A DNA stretch of 63,977 nt, filler included, from Cercozoa sp. M6MM (GCA_040357565.1; 11 parts of 11 records of this genome joined end to end with filler, not necessarily neighbours in it), one strand, 5' to 3'. Shown: positions 18,346 to 32,382, numbered from the whole stretch's first letter. Program-made: numbers and translations. Notes: generated from the letters alone by a model not told the origin.

Positions 18346-19048
18346 ACATGCAGCTGGAGAGTTCTTTTCGCGTCAGCAACAGATGAAACGAGCGCGGCGT
18401 GAAGCTCGCTTGGTTCCAATGAGACCACATGATTGCTCTGCCAACAGAGATGTATATAATAGTCTTTTCGACATGCGCAACTGAGAACCGAGATGTGCAT
18501 GCCTCGGACAGCGTATCAGCCAGCTCTGTTTGGTGGTTGTTCTGCAGCGTCGTATTGACCACGCACACGCAGTGTGGCCGCGTGGGAGCGCGCAAGGTTT
18601 CCAGTAGTGTGCCAGCACCTTTGAGTGTTAAGCGGTGCATACGCTGAAACGTGTCCCATCGTCAACAAAAACAGATACCGGCATGACACACGACAAGCGT
18701 AGCAGTTGACAACATTTCGGGCACCCTGCTGTCGTAATCAAAGCATGTGACCTAAGCACATGCATTTCGGCTTGTCGGGTTTCGAATTGCAGGGCAGATA
18801 TAGGTACACGAAGGCTCTGGCGGGTTGCCTCGCTCACTAGCCGTGAGGGCCGTTCTGAGGCTCCGTGCTGTATGATGAGCTCGTCAATCCCTACACAGGT
18901 AAATCCACTCAGGTTATTTTGGCTTCGACACACATAAAGGCACCAAACCATATCCGACGATGGCAGAAACAAACACTTCGGCTCCCTCGTCCAAAGCCCT
19001 CACGAGATCGTCAAACTTTGTTGTTCCAACAGTAATTACACACTTCAT
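18114..19048 (-). CDS. ALG13: UDP-GlcNAc transferase catalytic subunit
   Basis: MKCVITVGTTKFDDLV, LIIQHG, GAGTLLETLR, VVNTTLQNNHQTELA; last exon LEPLPQPQQGSFAAFVD ending in TAG. Confidence 0.92.
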
Positions 19049-19360
19049 TGGACCGAAAGTACTGCACTGAGCAACCAACAGAGTCGTGTAGGGAGCAGTA
19101 TTGATCATGGATAATTTTTGTTTTTGTTTTAATTTTTCCAGCCGCCCTGACTCGGTTTCTCTGAACGGAACTGACAATCAAGCACTGTCCTGTAGTGCTG
19201 TGCCTCCATACAAACCGCTAAACTGTACATGTGAGTTTGGTTTTGCTGCACTGCTTTTCCATTTCCCAGAGCATTCCTTGTTTTTGTTGGTTTTTACTGG
19301 TTTTTTGACTTTAATTTTGCGTCAACTAAACTGCAGTTTTGGAGTTAAGTGTCTGCGGAA

Positions 19361-20578
19361 ATGCCGGTGAAGCGCGTGATGGCGCCGACGCGCTCTGTGC
19401 CGGTATGCTTTTTTCTATCGCAAAAATCGACTTGTGTTGCTGTTTCAACGGACACGGTGTGCGCAGGAACTGTTGAAACAAAGCGAACATCATGACAAGG
19501 ATGAGCGTTTCATGGCTGTAGTCTTTTCTCTCGACCGTACTCTGTGTCTTGCCATGCTATCCCTGTCTATGTGCGCAGATTAGCGACCTGGTGGCGCTGG
19601 TCGAGAGCGGCAACGTGCGATTCGACTCGTCGACCCAGACGCGCATCTGCAGTACTGCAATACACCCCAGTGTTTTGTACTGGAGGCATATGCGGTCTGT
19701 ATGTGCGTATCTGTGGTAAGCAGCCTCCGTTCTTAAGCGTCTTGAAGAGGACCAGAGCAACGACGTGCAGGTGCGTGCGCAGTGTCTCGAGTGCCATCGG
19801 AGGGATGTGGGTGTGTGAGCTGTCTAACTGTAGTCCATCACGGTCAAGTGTCTCTCCACGCTGGCTGAGAAGTTCGACGATGTACATTCGCTTGTGTTGC
19901 AAGCATTGCAGCTTGTGTGTAATGGGATGTATGTATGTCTGTATGTATGGATTCGTGAAGGAACACACGGCCAACATCGTGCGTCGCATGGCGAACCTTG
20001 TTCTCAACAGCCAGAAGAGGTAGAACATTTACGAATCGTATGTGTGTGTGTGTGTGTGTGTGTTTAACATCAGTGTTTCATACATAGCGAGCTGCGTGAC
20101 ATTTACTCAATCGGTCTCAAAACAGTGCTGCAGTCGCTCAAGGACAGTTCCGACGACGGCGCTGCGTACGACTGGATCTATCTGTCTAACACATGCACAT
20201 TAAGACACTACAGCAGCAGCAGCAGCCTGGACACGGCGATCGCGCTGCTGGACACTCTACTGGATGGCATCGCGTCGCGTGTCTCCGCCTCCACCGACAG
20301 AGGTAACCTTGCCGGTCATATATGCTCCTGCTGAGGTAGATCTCTCTGTCTGCAGAGGATCACGAGGTGCTCCCGGTTTGTGTCGAACTTGTTGGCGATC
20401 TGCTGCGCAAGGTACCTTCTCTCCTTGACTGTGAGACATATGCTGCATGACGGACATCTGCGGGTTGATAGTACCGCCACCAGCTGAAACTCGCCAAGAT
20501 TGACGCGCTGACCAAGGCGCACCTGCCTGCACTGCAGCACCACAACTCAAGTACCTTATGTCTCTGTCCACACACACA

Positions 20579-20620
<42 letters not shown>

Positions 20621-21522
20621 GTAGGCATGTTTTGTGCACGTTATTCAGGTGTGCGTTCCCGTGTGGCGACCGTGCTCGGACAGATTGCGGGTGCGCACCA
20701 CATCACAACCGATCGCTACAACAATCTGGTACCCTTTTATTCGTTAACCATGCACCTTACCGCGTGACTGCTGTTCCGTCAGATGGAGCACGTGGTCAAG
20801 CAAGTCGAAAATAACTTTGACTCTTTGCGCGCGTCCGACCTGGTATCTGTTTGTCACAATACTCACCTGATACTGCCACTGATGCCGCATGTATGCGTGT
20901 GTACAGATGGCTCTGAGCGCCGTCGCGCGCAATGGCGGCGCACGTGCTTCGGTCTTTGTCGCCACACTGCTGCCGCTGCTGAACCGGTGCTCTCACCTCT
21001 CCGGCAACATAACATACTTGTATTAATGTGTGTATGTGTGTATGTATGTGTGTGTGTGTGTATGTGTATGCGTATGTGTGTGTAGCTGCTGCGAAAAGGA
21101 CGACATTGAAGTGCGCGAGCAAGCGCTGCATTCACTAGATGCTGTGCTGTCTGCTGCCTCGCCTTCCTCGTGTACCTTATGACATGTGTGTGTGTGTCTG
21201 TGTGTGTGTGTATGTGTCTGTGTCTGTGTCTGTGTGTCTGTGTATACTGGCGATTGTTCCACTACAGCAACGAAGGAAGCGGCAGCAGCGGCAGTGCACA
21301 CGTGCGTCACTCTGATGGCACATGACCCGAACTACTCCTACGGCGAAGATGCTGGTGCCACCCTCATAACTGCGTTTCTATGTCTTTGTGCCTTTTGTTT
21401 CATGTAAGCTCTGTACCCTAGCAGGAGCCGAATCCTCCGAAAGCAGCGCGAGTGAGTTAATGCAGGACGATGGATGGGGCGCCGAAGACGATGGTACACA
21501 TGTCTGTATCTGCTATGACACA

Positions 21523-21570
<48 letters not shown>

Positions 21571-21580
21571 NNNNNNNNNN

Positions 21581-21639
<59 letters not shown>

Positions 21640-22469
21640 ACGCACACGCACGAACAGACTCGTGATGTCTCTTCAGGCTTTGGCGGCGGTGATGACGGCT
21701 GGGGTGACGAAGACGGTGTGTTTGTGTTTCTCAAACACCGAGTAGCAGCACAAGTGTATGTGCGTGTTGTAGGCGCGGCTACAGGTGGCTGGGACGATGC
21801 CCAGGGCGGCAGCAACCTCTACGACTTCACCGGTGCCAGCGGCGACATCGAGGACGACGACACCAACTGGAAGGTCCGCCGTGCAGCCTTGCAGGCACTG
21901 CCGACGGCTTTGATGCACGCCCCGCAGTGTACCCTCCCCCGCCGTGTATGTGCACATGTGTGCAATGTCCGTGTGTGCTGCTCAGGTGCCGCGGAGACTG
22001 CCGCTGCGCTGATCAATCGCTTCAAAGAACGCGACGCCAACGTTCGTCAGGTGACCTCGTGCTTCTGCTTGCTCTGATGATCTTTGACTGCTTCCCTCTG
22101 CCGCATACAGGACGTGTTCGACACGTTTAGCAAGCTGATCGCTCGAAACAGCAGTACCATCTACCGATGTCACATGTCACATGCGACAAGTAGGGTTTGT
22201 GTTTGTGTAACAGGTGTGGTGGATGCCACGAGTGCTGTGGAAACACTCGCCAAGCACTTCGACTCGCCCGGCACACGTGCTGTTTCGCACACGGGTATCC
22301 GAACTCTGCTCTTCCTCTCTTTGTCCGTACGTTGATTTGGCAGGTGCACTGCGTGTTGCGCGCGGTATGCTGCGTGCCAACCTCCTGCACGCCGAGCACT
22401 GGTATGCCCTGTGATTGGCTTTGTCTATCAAGGTCCCAGGTCTCAGTGCGTGTAAGTCGAAACGAGAGC

Positions 22470-22519
<50 letters not shown>

Positions 22520-22529
22520 NNNNNNNNNN

Positions 22530-22588
<59 letters not shown>

Positions 22589-23261
22589 TGTGTGTGTGTG
22601 GTGTGTGTGGTGTGTCTGTGCAGGCCGTCGCTGCAGCCGATGGTGATGCGTGTGTTGTCGGACGCAGCGCCTTCCAAAGCTGCTGCCGGTGCCGATGTCG
22701 ACGGCGTCATTGCTGCCTTGGTAAGCGCGATTCCCATTCCCTTCTTCTCGTGCCTGTATGCGGTCACAGTATGTTTGCCGTGTACCCGCAGGACGTGGTA
22801 CTACTCGCACTGCGTGTCTGCAGCGATGCCCTGCTGGACTCGGTGTCGGAACTGGTGCCGGTGATGCGCTCGCCGCTGGAGAAACTGCACACGCGCGCTT
22901 TGACTCTTCGCGTGCTCGGCGAGTTGGCACAGCGTACACAGCGGTGCCTCCTCCTTGCTTTCGCATTTCACACGGTCTCTGAGTGGTCGCCTGTCTTGTT
23001 ACGTGTGCACATGTATGTATACAGCGAGCTGGAGACGACGTTCGACATGGTGATGCCGCTACTGCAGCAAACCGACGCCGAGCAGACCGTCAAGGACGCC
23101 GCTGCTGATGTAGCGACCTGCCATTCTTTTGTTTGTGAATTCATACAAGTGACATGCTTAGGCCATGGGTCGTCTGCTGTGCATGGGTGGCACGGCACCA
23201 CTTGCCTCCAAGATCGCCCAAAAAAATGTACGCACTCCCTTTACTACTGTGTGTGTGTGTC

Positions 23262-23310
<49 letters not shown>

Positions 23311-23320
23311 NNNNNNNNNN

Positions 23321-23370
<50 letters not shown>

Positions 23371-25455
23371 GGAAGTATTGCAGGTGCTGCAACTGCTGCT
23401 GGATCGTTTGAACAACGAGGTACATTCCTCACACACTTATGTATGATACGGTGCACACAATTCCTACGTGCACATCAGACTACGCGCGTGGCCGTGCTGC
23501 GCGTGCTGCAGATGGTCGCACACGCCGTCGACACGACGTCCGTCGACTTGTCGCCGCTGGTATCGGCACTGTCTGTCTTTCTATCCCTTGACCCCTCCCC
23601 CGTGGTTGTGCAGGTGCCTGCCGTGTGTGAGCATGTGGCCGAGCTGCTGCGCAAGTCTCAGCAGTCATTGCGTCACGAGGCAAGCGCCACGCTGCTGTAG
23701 TCGGCGACTTTACTACGTATGAGCTTATATGATGGGTATGCGGATGTGCAGCACGCTGTCCGAGCACGCGACGCTGGCACGACTGGTTCCTCAGCAGGTA
23801 GCCCCTCCTTCGCCCGACTACTTAGACCATCCCCCACCCATATTGTGGTGATGGCATCTTGTGTCTCGCAGAGCATCGAGGCAGCGGCGGCCTTTGTTGA
23901 TGACAAGGACCTGTTCGTGGCGTCGCATGTGCTTCGTTCCGTGCAGGCGCTGCTGCCGCTGGTAGAGTCTAGTCGTGATAAACGTGCATCTGTGTATGTA
24001 TGCGTGTATGACTTTGCATGGACTGTACAGGGCCTAAACTGTCCGTCACTGCTGTTGGAGCGTGTTGTAATGCTCGCCAAGTCGCCGCTACTGCAGCGCG
24101 CGTCGCTCAGTGCCGTGCTGGGCTTTCTGGCTGCCTACATGCGACAGCAGGTACCCCACAGTCTGTGTGGTATCGCTTATTCTGACTCGTCTGTATGGTA
24201 CTGTGCAGGGTTCACAGACGCCACAGCTCTCGCAGCTTCGCGAAGCTTTCGTCAAGGCGGCTCTTGAGGCCGTATAACTTGCCTTCGTGTCTGCACGCTA
24301 GTATTGCTTTGGCTGTGTGCTGGATTAGAGTGCCGGTGTGGATCGCAAGGTGATTACGCACACTTGCGCCAAGTGCGTCGCCACGCTCGTCACTGGCAAG
24401 TAAGGTTCCCGTACTTGTGTACATACATGCTGTAATGCTTGCTTCTCTGTCTATGTGTCCGTGTGTACAAAGGAACGACGTCGATGACGAGTCTGTGGCG
24501 CTGGACGCCGCCGTTGTCAAGGACATCGTCACGCGTGCCTGTCAGGGTAGCGCCACTCTTCTTTGTCTGATCAGCATACAGTCTATCACCTGTGCTGACT
24601 ATCAGGCAATGGTTTCTGGCTGCGTGTGCTTGGCGAGATTGGTACCTCTGCCTGTACTGCACGTGTTGTGCGCCCTCATATGTTCGTACAGGCCTCCGCG
24701 CGGACCTATCGAGCGACGCGCTGTCGGGTGGTCAGCTGATGCAGCGCCTGTTCGATGTGATGGACAGCAGCTCCAACGACGGGTGCCTTACTCTCTACCC
24801 TGTATGCTTGTGGAGCGAAAGTGTACGTGTGTGTGCCTTACTCAGTGCATCTACCTCCAGTGTCGGTAGCACTGAGGAGCAGAGCGTACTCATCTCATCT
24901 CTACTTATGTATATATGCATGTGAACTCGTCTGTCGTGTCTCCGAGCAGAAGAGTGCCACGAAATGGGACGCGTCGTTTGCTCTCGGCGCAGTTGCATGT
25001 GGTGCGCACGTGTATCTGTGCATGAGTCTTTTTGGTGTGCCAATGGTGTGCGACTGTAGGCAACGTCCCGGTGCTGCTGCCGCAGCTGCTCGCTCTGCTT
25101 GAGGAGTCCTCCAAGGTAGTCACCACACAAGTGTTTATGTCAACGTGCGTGCGTCCTTACGTAAATTTCGTGGTGTTGTTTTGCAGGGCCAGCAGGCAGA
25201 GCACTTCCTGTTGCTTAATGCGGTGCGCACTGTTATCGCGCGACACCTGGACAAGCGTCAAGTACGCTTGGAACTCACGCCAATGCTAGTGCTATACACT
25301 ACCTTCTTGCCCATTTCTGCAGGAGTTGGGCGAGTTGGCAGGTGCTGATCATGCACTCGAACTGCTGCGACAGGCGGCGCCGCAACTCGTGCCGCTGCTG
25401 CTCAAGCAGGTACACCGGGGCCACACTGACTTCTGCCTGTGCTTTTGTACAGTGC

Positions 25456-25510
<55 letters not shown>

Positions 25511-25774
25511 GTGTGTGTAGGCTGCAGCCTGTGGCAACGAGGACGCCGGTGTCGTCGCCATGGTGGCCGAGGTATGTTGTCTGACACACTACTTTGTTGG
25601 TAACCCAGGTATATTTCCTCAGTGCCTCGGTCGTTTCGTGGTGGTTGATCCGCGTGCCAAGGGCGACGCAGTGCGTGCCATCGTGCAGTGCGGTTCGCCC
25701 GACCAGCCGGTAGGCCAGTCTACCCAGCGCACTGCCTTTCTCTCTCTCGCGCGCGCGCTCGCTCGATTTCTTAG

Positions 25775-25821
<47 letters not shown>

Positions 25822-25856
25822 GTCTCTGTCTGTGTGTCTGTCTGTCTGTCTGTCTG

Positions 25857-25895
<39 letters not shown>

Positions 25896-27529
25896 TTTGT
25901 ATGAATCTGTGTTTCCAGGTCTCGGCACGTGCGGTGGCAGCAGTTGCTTTCAAGTACGTGTTCGGCGACAAGACGGCGCGTGACACCTTCTTCGCGCTCA
26001 ACGCATCGTATCGCCCTGTTCATATCTGCTAAAGATGTGCATGTATATGTAATGTGTGTGTGTGTGTGTGTGTTAGCAGGATGAGCGAGGAGAACGAAGA
26101 GCTGCTTCCAACGTTCGAGCGACTGCTGATTGAGGTCTATCTTTCCTGGGATGGTTCTCTACCTATAAATATATTGTGGATGTGTGTAGGATGAGGTGGA
26201 TGTGCGACGTCGCGCGCTTATGTCGCTCTGCATCGCTCTTGACGCCGATGCCGCTGCCGTCGCTACCAACGTACGCACGCCCTCCTTGTCTTCTCTCTCT
26301 CTTCGCTGTCTTTCTATTGATCTGTGGGTTTGTGTGTCGATAGGGTCGCCTGATGCGCTACCTGAAGTCTACAGTGACTGACGCTGTCACTGTCAAGCCC
26401 GAAGTACGTCTTGTATCAGGTTGTGTCGTGTCTTTGTACACTTCTGCGCACGCAGCTGATCCGCGAAGTTGACATGGGTCCATTCAAGCACACGATCGAC
26501 GACGGACTCGAGCTGCGCAAGGCTGGCTTTGCTGTCATTGAGCGCATTATCGAGAAGGTACACACACACACACACACACACACACATGCATGCCCATCTT
26601 TAACGCTGTGTCTGTCCGTAGGTGCTGCGTAATACTGCGCTGTCGCAGAAGCTCTCGGCTGAGGAGGTATTCGTGCCGGTGAATGTGTGGCTATGGGCGT
26701 ATACACCTCGACCTTGGTTTTTAAAAGCTGCCGACGCTGTCGACCATCGTGCCGCTGCTGCAGAAGGGCATGAACGACCCCGATTCAGACGTGCAGTACC
26801 TGGTATGCGTATAGTCTCATGACGCTATGTGTATAAACTCGCATCGTCGGAGGCTTGTCACTGATATGTCTTTCCGCAGGTGTTCCAGATGTTGTATAAG
26901 CTCGCATCGTCGGAAGCGTCCAGCACATCGGATGGTATTTCGCTTTCGTATGTTGATGGCATATCTGTTATGTTTCTTCTGTGCCCTTGTTTTAGAAACC
27001 GACCATGATGTCGGTACTGCTGCCTTGCCTGTTACACTGGCATTAGCGATGCGCTGGACGTTGTATGTGTGATTGTAGATTCTGAAAGCACGTCATGCGC
27101 CACCGCGCTTGTACCCTTCCTGGACAGCTTTTCGACACCGCTTCTGACGTCGATCAAGGCACTCATCAAGAAGTACAAGGAACTCGAACGCGATTCTGGC
27201 GAGGTACAGCTACCTTCTGTATTTTCAGTTTGTAACGTCGCTTGTCTGATGGGCACAGGGTGATGGCAAGGCGCAGACAGAACGTTTTGTGGACACGCTC
27301 CGCACGGCCGTTAAGTTCATGTTCCACGCGCAGCAGGTACCCCCCCCGCGTGCGATCACAGCTTCCCTATTCCATGATTGAGATGCCCGTACTTCTTCTA
27401 TAGGCACCGGGCGCTGAGAGTGCTGAGCGATACCAAAAATTCTACGTGCGTGTGACCAAGACCAAGCTCTTAATGGACATTCTCGTTGAATACAAGGCCA
27501 AATGCACGCGTTTCGCCATTCGCCGCTAA
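19361..27529 (+). CDS. CAND1: Cullin-associated NEDD8-dissociated protein 1 (about 55 exons; ATG 19361 or 19379)
   Basis: DKDERFMAISDL, ELRDIYSIGLKTV, HDPNY, DDDTNWKVRRAA, LINRFKERDANVR, LLDRLNNETTR, LIREVDMGPFKHTIDDGLELRKA; TAA at 27527-27529. Confidence 0.95.
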
Positions 27530-27773
27530 GCCTTCTAAGCCTTCGCTTTTTGCGCTCGCCTGGTGGCCGTGGCCGATTTCCAGTTAAGTATCGTATAGCG
27601 TAGACGGATATACTGTGTCAGTCACAATTGGCGGGGAGCAACCAACCCAAACAGTCATATCACGTTCCGACGTTTTATTAAATCAAACAAAATTGAACTT
27701 GAAGACGCGTGCGAGAAAGAATCGATCAATCGCCCGCTACTAGCAGTCACAGACGACACCTCGACTTGGGTCC

Positions 27774-29801
27774 TTAATCGGACACATTTCCGTCAGCGTC
27801 GGTGTCAGAGACAGCACTCTCAACGCTCTCAAACGTAGTCGTACGCGCAAAGTTGCGAGCGTCGACAACGTAGACCGGCTGCTCGGCGTCGACATAGTGT
27901 TGGCCACGCATCTCGATGAGATCTTTGTTGCAGAAATTCACGAGACCGACGCCAATTGTGTTGCCTGCGGCAAGTCGCACACGTTCACCGTTATGGAGCA
28001 CTTAATATGGGATAACAGGAACCAACAATACCCGTCGATGCAGAAAGCACGTTGACGGCCTCGCCTGCCTCGAAACGTCCGCGCACGCGAGTCACACCCA
28101 CCGGGAACAGGTTGGCACTGCGCGTGAGCATCGCCTTCTGCTCAAATTGGATGCATCCACCACACGACATTCGTTGGTACGTGTAAAAAAGAAAACGTAC
28201 GACAGCGCCGTCGTCGACCAGGATCGAGCCAGTTGGCTTGAGCGTCAGCAGCCAACGCGCACGTGGCTTGAGCGTCAACACCTGTGCGTGCAAGAAAAAT
28301 GCATTTAAGGCGTTCTAAACAAACCACCGTAAACTCCGACAAGGCCTACCTCGTTGGAGTGCTTGACCGGCAGGAAACGCGTGCCAAAGCCGAGATCCTT
28401 GTCGCCAAAGCCGGCTTCCAAATGCTGGATCACGCGCATCGGGCTAAGGAACACCAGGCAAACGTTATGTCATCAGTGGTGCCCACCAAAGAAAAGCAAA
28501 AGTACTCTTTCGACGACAAGATCACGGCGGTGACACCTGCGGACGATGCCAGACGAGCGCCTGCCACCTTGGACTCCATGCCACCGGTGCCCCAGGTCTC
28601 CTCGTTCTCGCCGTCGTCATCGCTGTTGTGGCCATCGTCGTTGCTGTTGCACGAGTCGCTCGGCTCACCGTCACGCTTCTGCTTTTGCACATCAGCCGCA
28701 GCGTCGGTGGCAGTGTTGTCTTTGTTGACGTTAGTCTCGACATTCTCCTCGTCGGCTTGACTCTCTTCCTCGCCGCACAGGTCCTACAGCATACACACAC
28801 GTGTACACACACACAAGGGGAACCTAGTCGGTGCTAATGTCCAGTTAGTCATAAAGGTACGGCATCCATGTCCTCGCTCGGGTGCACGCACGCAATACGC
28901 TGCGCGTCCGTGAACTGTCCGTGTATCAAACAATCAGCCACAACAAAGTGCCACTCAAACACAAAACAAAAGAAGCGCTACGCGCTGCGGGTTTTTGTCG
29001 TAGACTGCATCGACGTCGGTAAGCAGGAAGAGCCAGTCGGCGCACATCATGCCCGACACCAGCGCCGCGAGTCGGTCGTTGTCGCCAAAGCGCAACTCAC
29101 GCGTGGCCACTGTGTCGTTCTCGTTCACGATGGGCACCTAATTATCAATGCAAATGCAAACACACGCACACATCCACACCCCAACAGAAGCACAAAGTAC
29201 CGCGTCAAGGTGCAGCAGCTCACGGAAAGTGGCACGTGCGTTGACTACATACAAGAATTAAATCACAGACACCACACAACTGAACAGAAAGAACAGAGCA
29301 TACTGTGATGCTCTCTCTCCGTTAGATTGTTGCTCGTAAGCAAAACTTGAGCGCACACAACGCCAAAGGAAGCGAAGTTCAGGTCATAATGACGGAGCAA
29401 CTTCATCTGTCCGATGGCCGCAAGCGCCTGTCGCTTCGCCAGAGCCGACGGCTTCTCGTCCATGTCGACGTTTCGGTAACCACAGCCAACAGCGCCAGAT
29501 GACACCAGAATGACATCGTAGCCTCGTTGACGCACTGCCACCACGACCTCAACGATACGGGCCAACTACAAAAGGATCACAGTCAAAGAAACCATCCTGC
29601 AAAAAAAAAAAAAAACAAATCACAGCCGATGGCTTCAGTGCGAAACCACTTTCGTCGTCGATAAGTGAACTTGTGCCAACTGCAAACTATCACATTCAAA
29701 AGCAAACCACAGCAACGTTTTAAAGCAAGAGCACCTTTCAGTACAACAAGCGGCTTCTGCTCTTCGCTGGTCAGCGTTGCCATGCTCAAAGATTTTTTCA
29801 T
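27774..29801 (-). CDS. Glutamate 5-kinase with PUA domain (monofunctional ProB/Pro1 type)
   Basis: [69 protein letters not shown]; PUA motif [19 protein letters not shown]. Confidence 0.93.
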
Positions 29802-30686
29802 CGCCGTGTTTTCGCTTTTAATACTGTTCTTTGCTTGTGCTGTCAATATTTCGCCAGACAGAATCGCTAAAATAGTCTGTACAGAAGCAACTCAGTCAAC
29901 AAGCAGTCAACGCAAGAAACAATGCTGAACAAAACGCGCACATTTGCAATGTGCCACAAAAGCCAACAAACAACCCACAAACGAATTAAAGCAGCCAACA
30001 AACAAAACACAGGGCACCTTCAGATGTTCTTCCAGTCCACATTCAGGGCCGTAACGTTCTTCAATGGTCAAAACTTTGACCACAAAACAAAACGCAACAA
30101 AATATTTTGTGTCCAAATATTTTTGTGTTTGTCCCAGCGGCGCGCTGGAGCAGGTCCTTAGGACAGCTGATGTCCAGGCTGGACCAGGCTGGACAAGCAC
30201 GTGGGGCCCTTACCAGCCTAGATCAGCGCTGCCACAGGTCCTAGGACAGCAGATGGAACGAAAAAAACTGAAACAACGCAAAAAAATTTGTTTGCTCGGT
30301 GCTCCCTCTAAAACCCTCGCAAAGCTGTTTCTTACCTATAACTAGTTCCGTCAGAAAGTGTGTGCCCTCAAGGTGCCTTGAAATTGCAGTTTGTGGCGAA
30401 AAACAGAATGTTGAAAAGGAACGAATTTTCGTTCCGATTTTGCGCTGCTGCGGGCAGTTTTACAAGCAATAAATGCAGGTTTTTCGTTTATAATTGAATA
30501 TAAAATGGCTTCAAGCTATTGAACTTCTGTGATAGAGCATTTCGAGAGCGAGGCTAACGTTTGTACAACCGGCTCAAGCAATTTCCCTTTATCGGCTCGC
30601 ACGGCAAACGCCGGTTCTGTTCAGTACATTGGCGCAGAAGGCAGACTTGGATAGTTCGTGCGTGTGTTATTACCGCCGTAATTCTC

Positions 30687-31230
30687 ATGCTTCGTTTCTT
30701 TAGTGCGACGACTCTGCGTCAAGTAAGCACATTGTTCCCACCGGTGTGAATGACGATGACCTTGGATCTTTTTTTCCAGATGCAGCAGCGCTTGTTCAGC
30801 GCACGTGATCGACGAGCTGTTGAACCTATCAGGTGCGATGTGTTTACAAGCAGATGGGCGTGTGCTGTGCAATGATAGTCTGTGTAGTGTCATCCGCCGT
30901 TTCCGTTTTAAGAGTCGCGAAGGCACGCTGCAACACGAAGACTGGGAAAACATGCTACGCACGGTTTGCCGTGTTGCCAAGGTACAGCAATGCACACATG
31001 TACCTTGGGTTTTAATTGATATTACAGGTGGAAGCTCCGACGCTGTTGCCGCCGCGTGCGCAGTCAAAGCTTCTGTTCGCCTTCGGTACACGTTTTTGCA
31101 CGTTGCTTGCAAAAGATGTATGCGTTTGGACATTTATAAAGGCGACGCCAAGCGCCGCTACCCAGACACAGAGCTTCCGAACGATTTGAAGCTGGAATTG
31201 CTTTCGCTTGTTGAGAACATGTCCCATTTG
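30687..31230 (+). CDS. Putative mitochondrion-targeted helical-repeat protein, 5' part
   Basis: Five exons splice in frame from presequence-like MLRFFSATTLRQMQQRLFS. LLPPRAQSKLLFAFG weakly resembles FAST/HPR-type repeats. Confidence 0.45.
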
Positions 31231-31249
31231 GTTCGTCCCATTTTGAATA

Positions 31250-31325
<76 letters not shown>

Positions 31326-31442
31326 TGTCTGTGNNNNNNNNNNNNNNNNNNNNNNNNNNNNNNNNNNNNNNNNNNNNTTAATTAATTAANNNNNNNNNNN
31401 NNNNNNNNNNNNNNNNNNNNNNNNNNNNNNNNNAAGACTTAC

Positions 31443-31961
31443 GTAGGACACAGGGTAGGCGGCGATCGACATCGACGCCGGTCGAACCACGGTGGGTCGG
31501 CGTTCCTGAAAAAATGGACTGCTCTATGGGCTCATATGGGCTCACACATCGACTCTCTGTCTATCGGCTTTGCCTGTATGGGCTACCGAATCTCCCTATG
31601 GAATCACACGTACCTGCGCGAGCTCGCGAACGTTCGGTTTCGGCACCTGTACAAGGGGTGGGGTAAAGGGGTAAAAGGGGGATAACGTGGACAGGGGGTA
31701 AGGGGGTAAGGGGGGTAAAAGGAAACAGTACCCACATTTCGTGGCCTTGCAGATTGCGCACGAGCAGACGTGGTTTTCCAACAGTGTTTTCGACTTTCAC
31801 AATGCATCCTGGGAGGGGGGGGGGGGGTAACTACTCTACACACTCCCAGACAGACTCGCGGTCGTACCAGGAGTCCACAAGCCGCGGATGTCCTTGCGTG
31901 CCATCTCCAGCACCGACTTCTCATTGAAAACGACCTCGCACTCGGCGCCTGCACGAGGGAC
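31443..31961 (-). CDS. Agenet/Tudor-like domain protein, partial
   Basis: Spliced VPRAGAECEVVF...GLWTPGCIVKVE...LLVRNLQGHEMWVPKPNVRE follows the Agenet pattern G-x2-xEV...GxW...I...V...E-x-V-x4-VR. Confidence 0.55.
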
Positions 31962-32382
31962 CTGCCCAACCGACCAAAAACCGTGGTTGTGCACAAACAA
32001 AAACAACTAACACAGCCCCAGCTGCACAACAGACTAAGCTAAATCATCTAATACTGTAGTAAACCACTCCTGAGCACGATAACTATGAGGGGACTAACGA
32101 AATTGTGGCTTGCCCTACCCACTGGAGTTCGACGCGTTTCGAGCGAAAGATTGACATGGTGGGCCCAAGGCACCTTCCACAATGTCTCTGACTTTAAATC
32201 GTGCGTGTAGCGAAATAAGATGATTGATCTCATTCGGCCACCCAGTCCTTTTCTTGTTGCGGTATAATTTTGTTTAGCGATGGGCCGCGCGGATGCCTAA
32301 GTTGTTCGAATTCACCATTTTAAACGGACCCGACCTGCCAAGTTTTCGTTAGAGAGGATCACAAGAACGACCCAGGTTTAGC

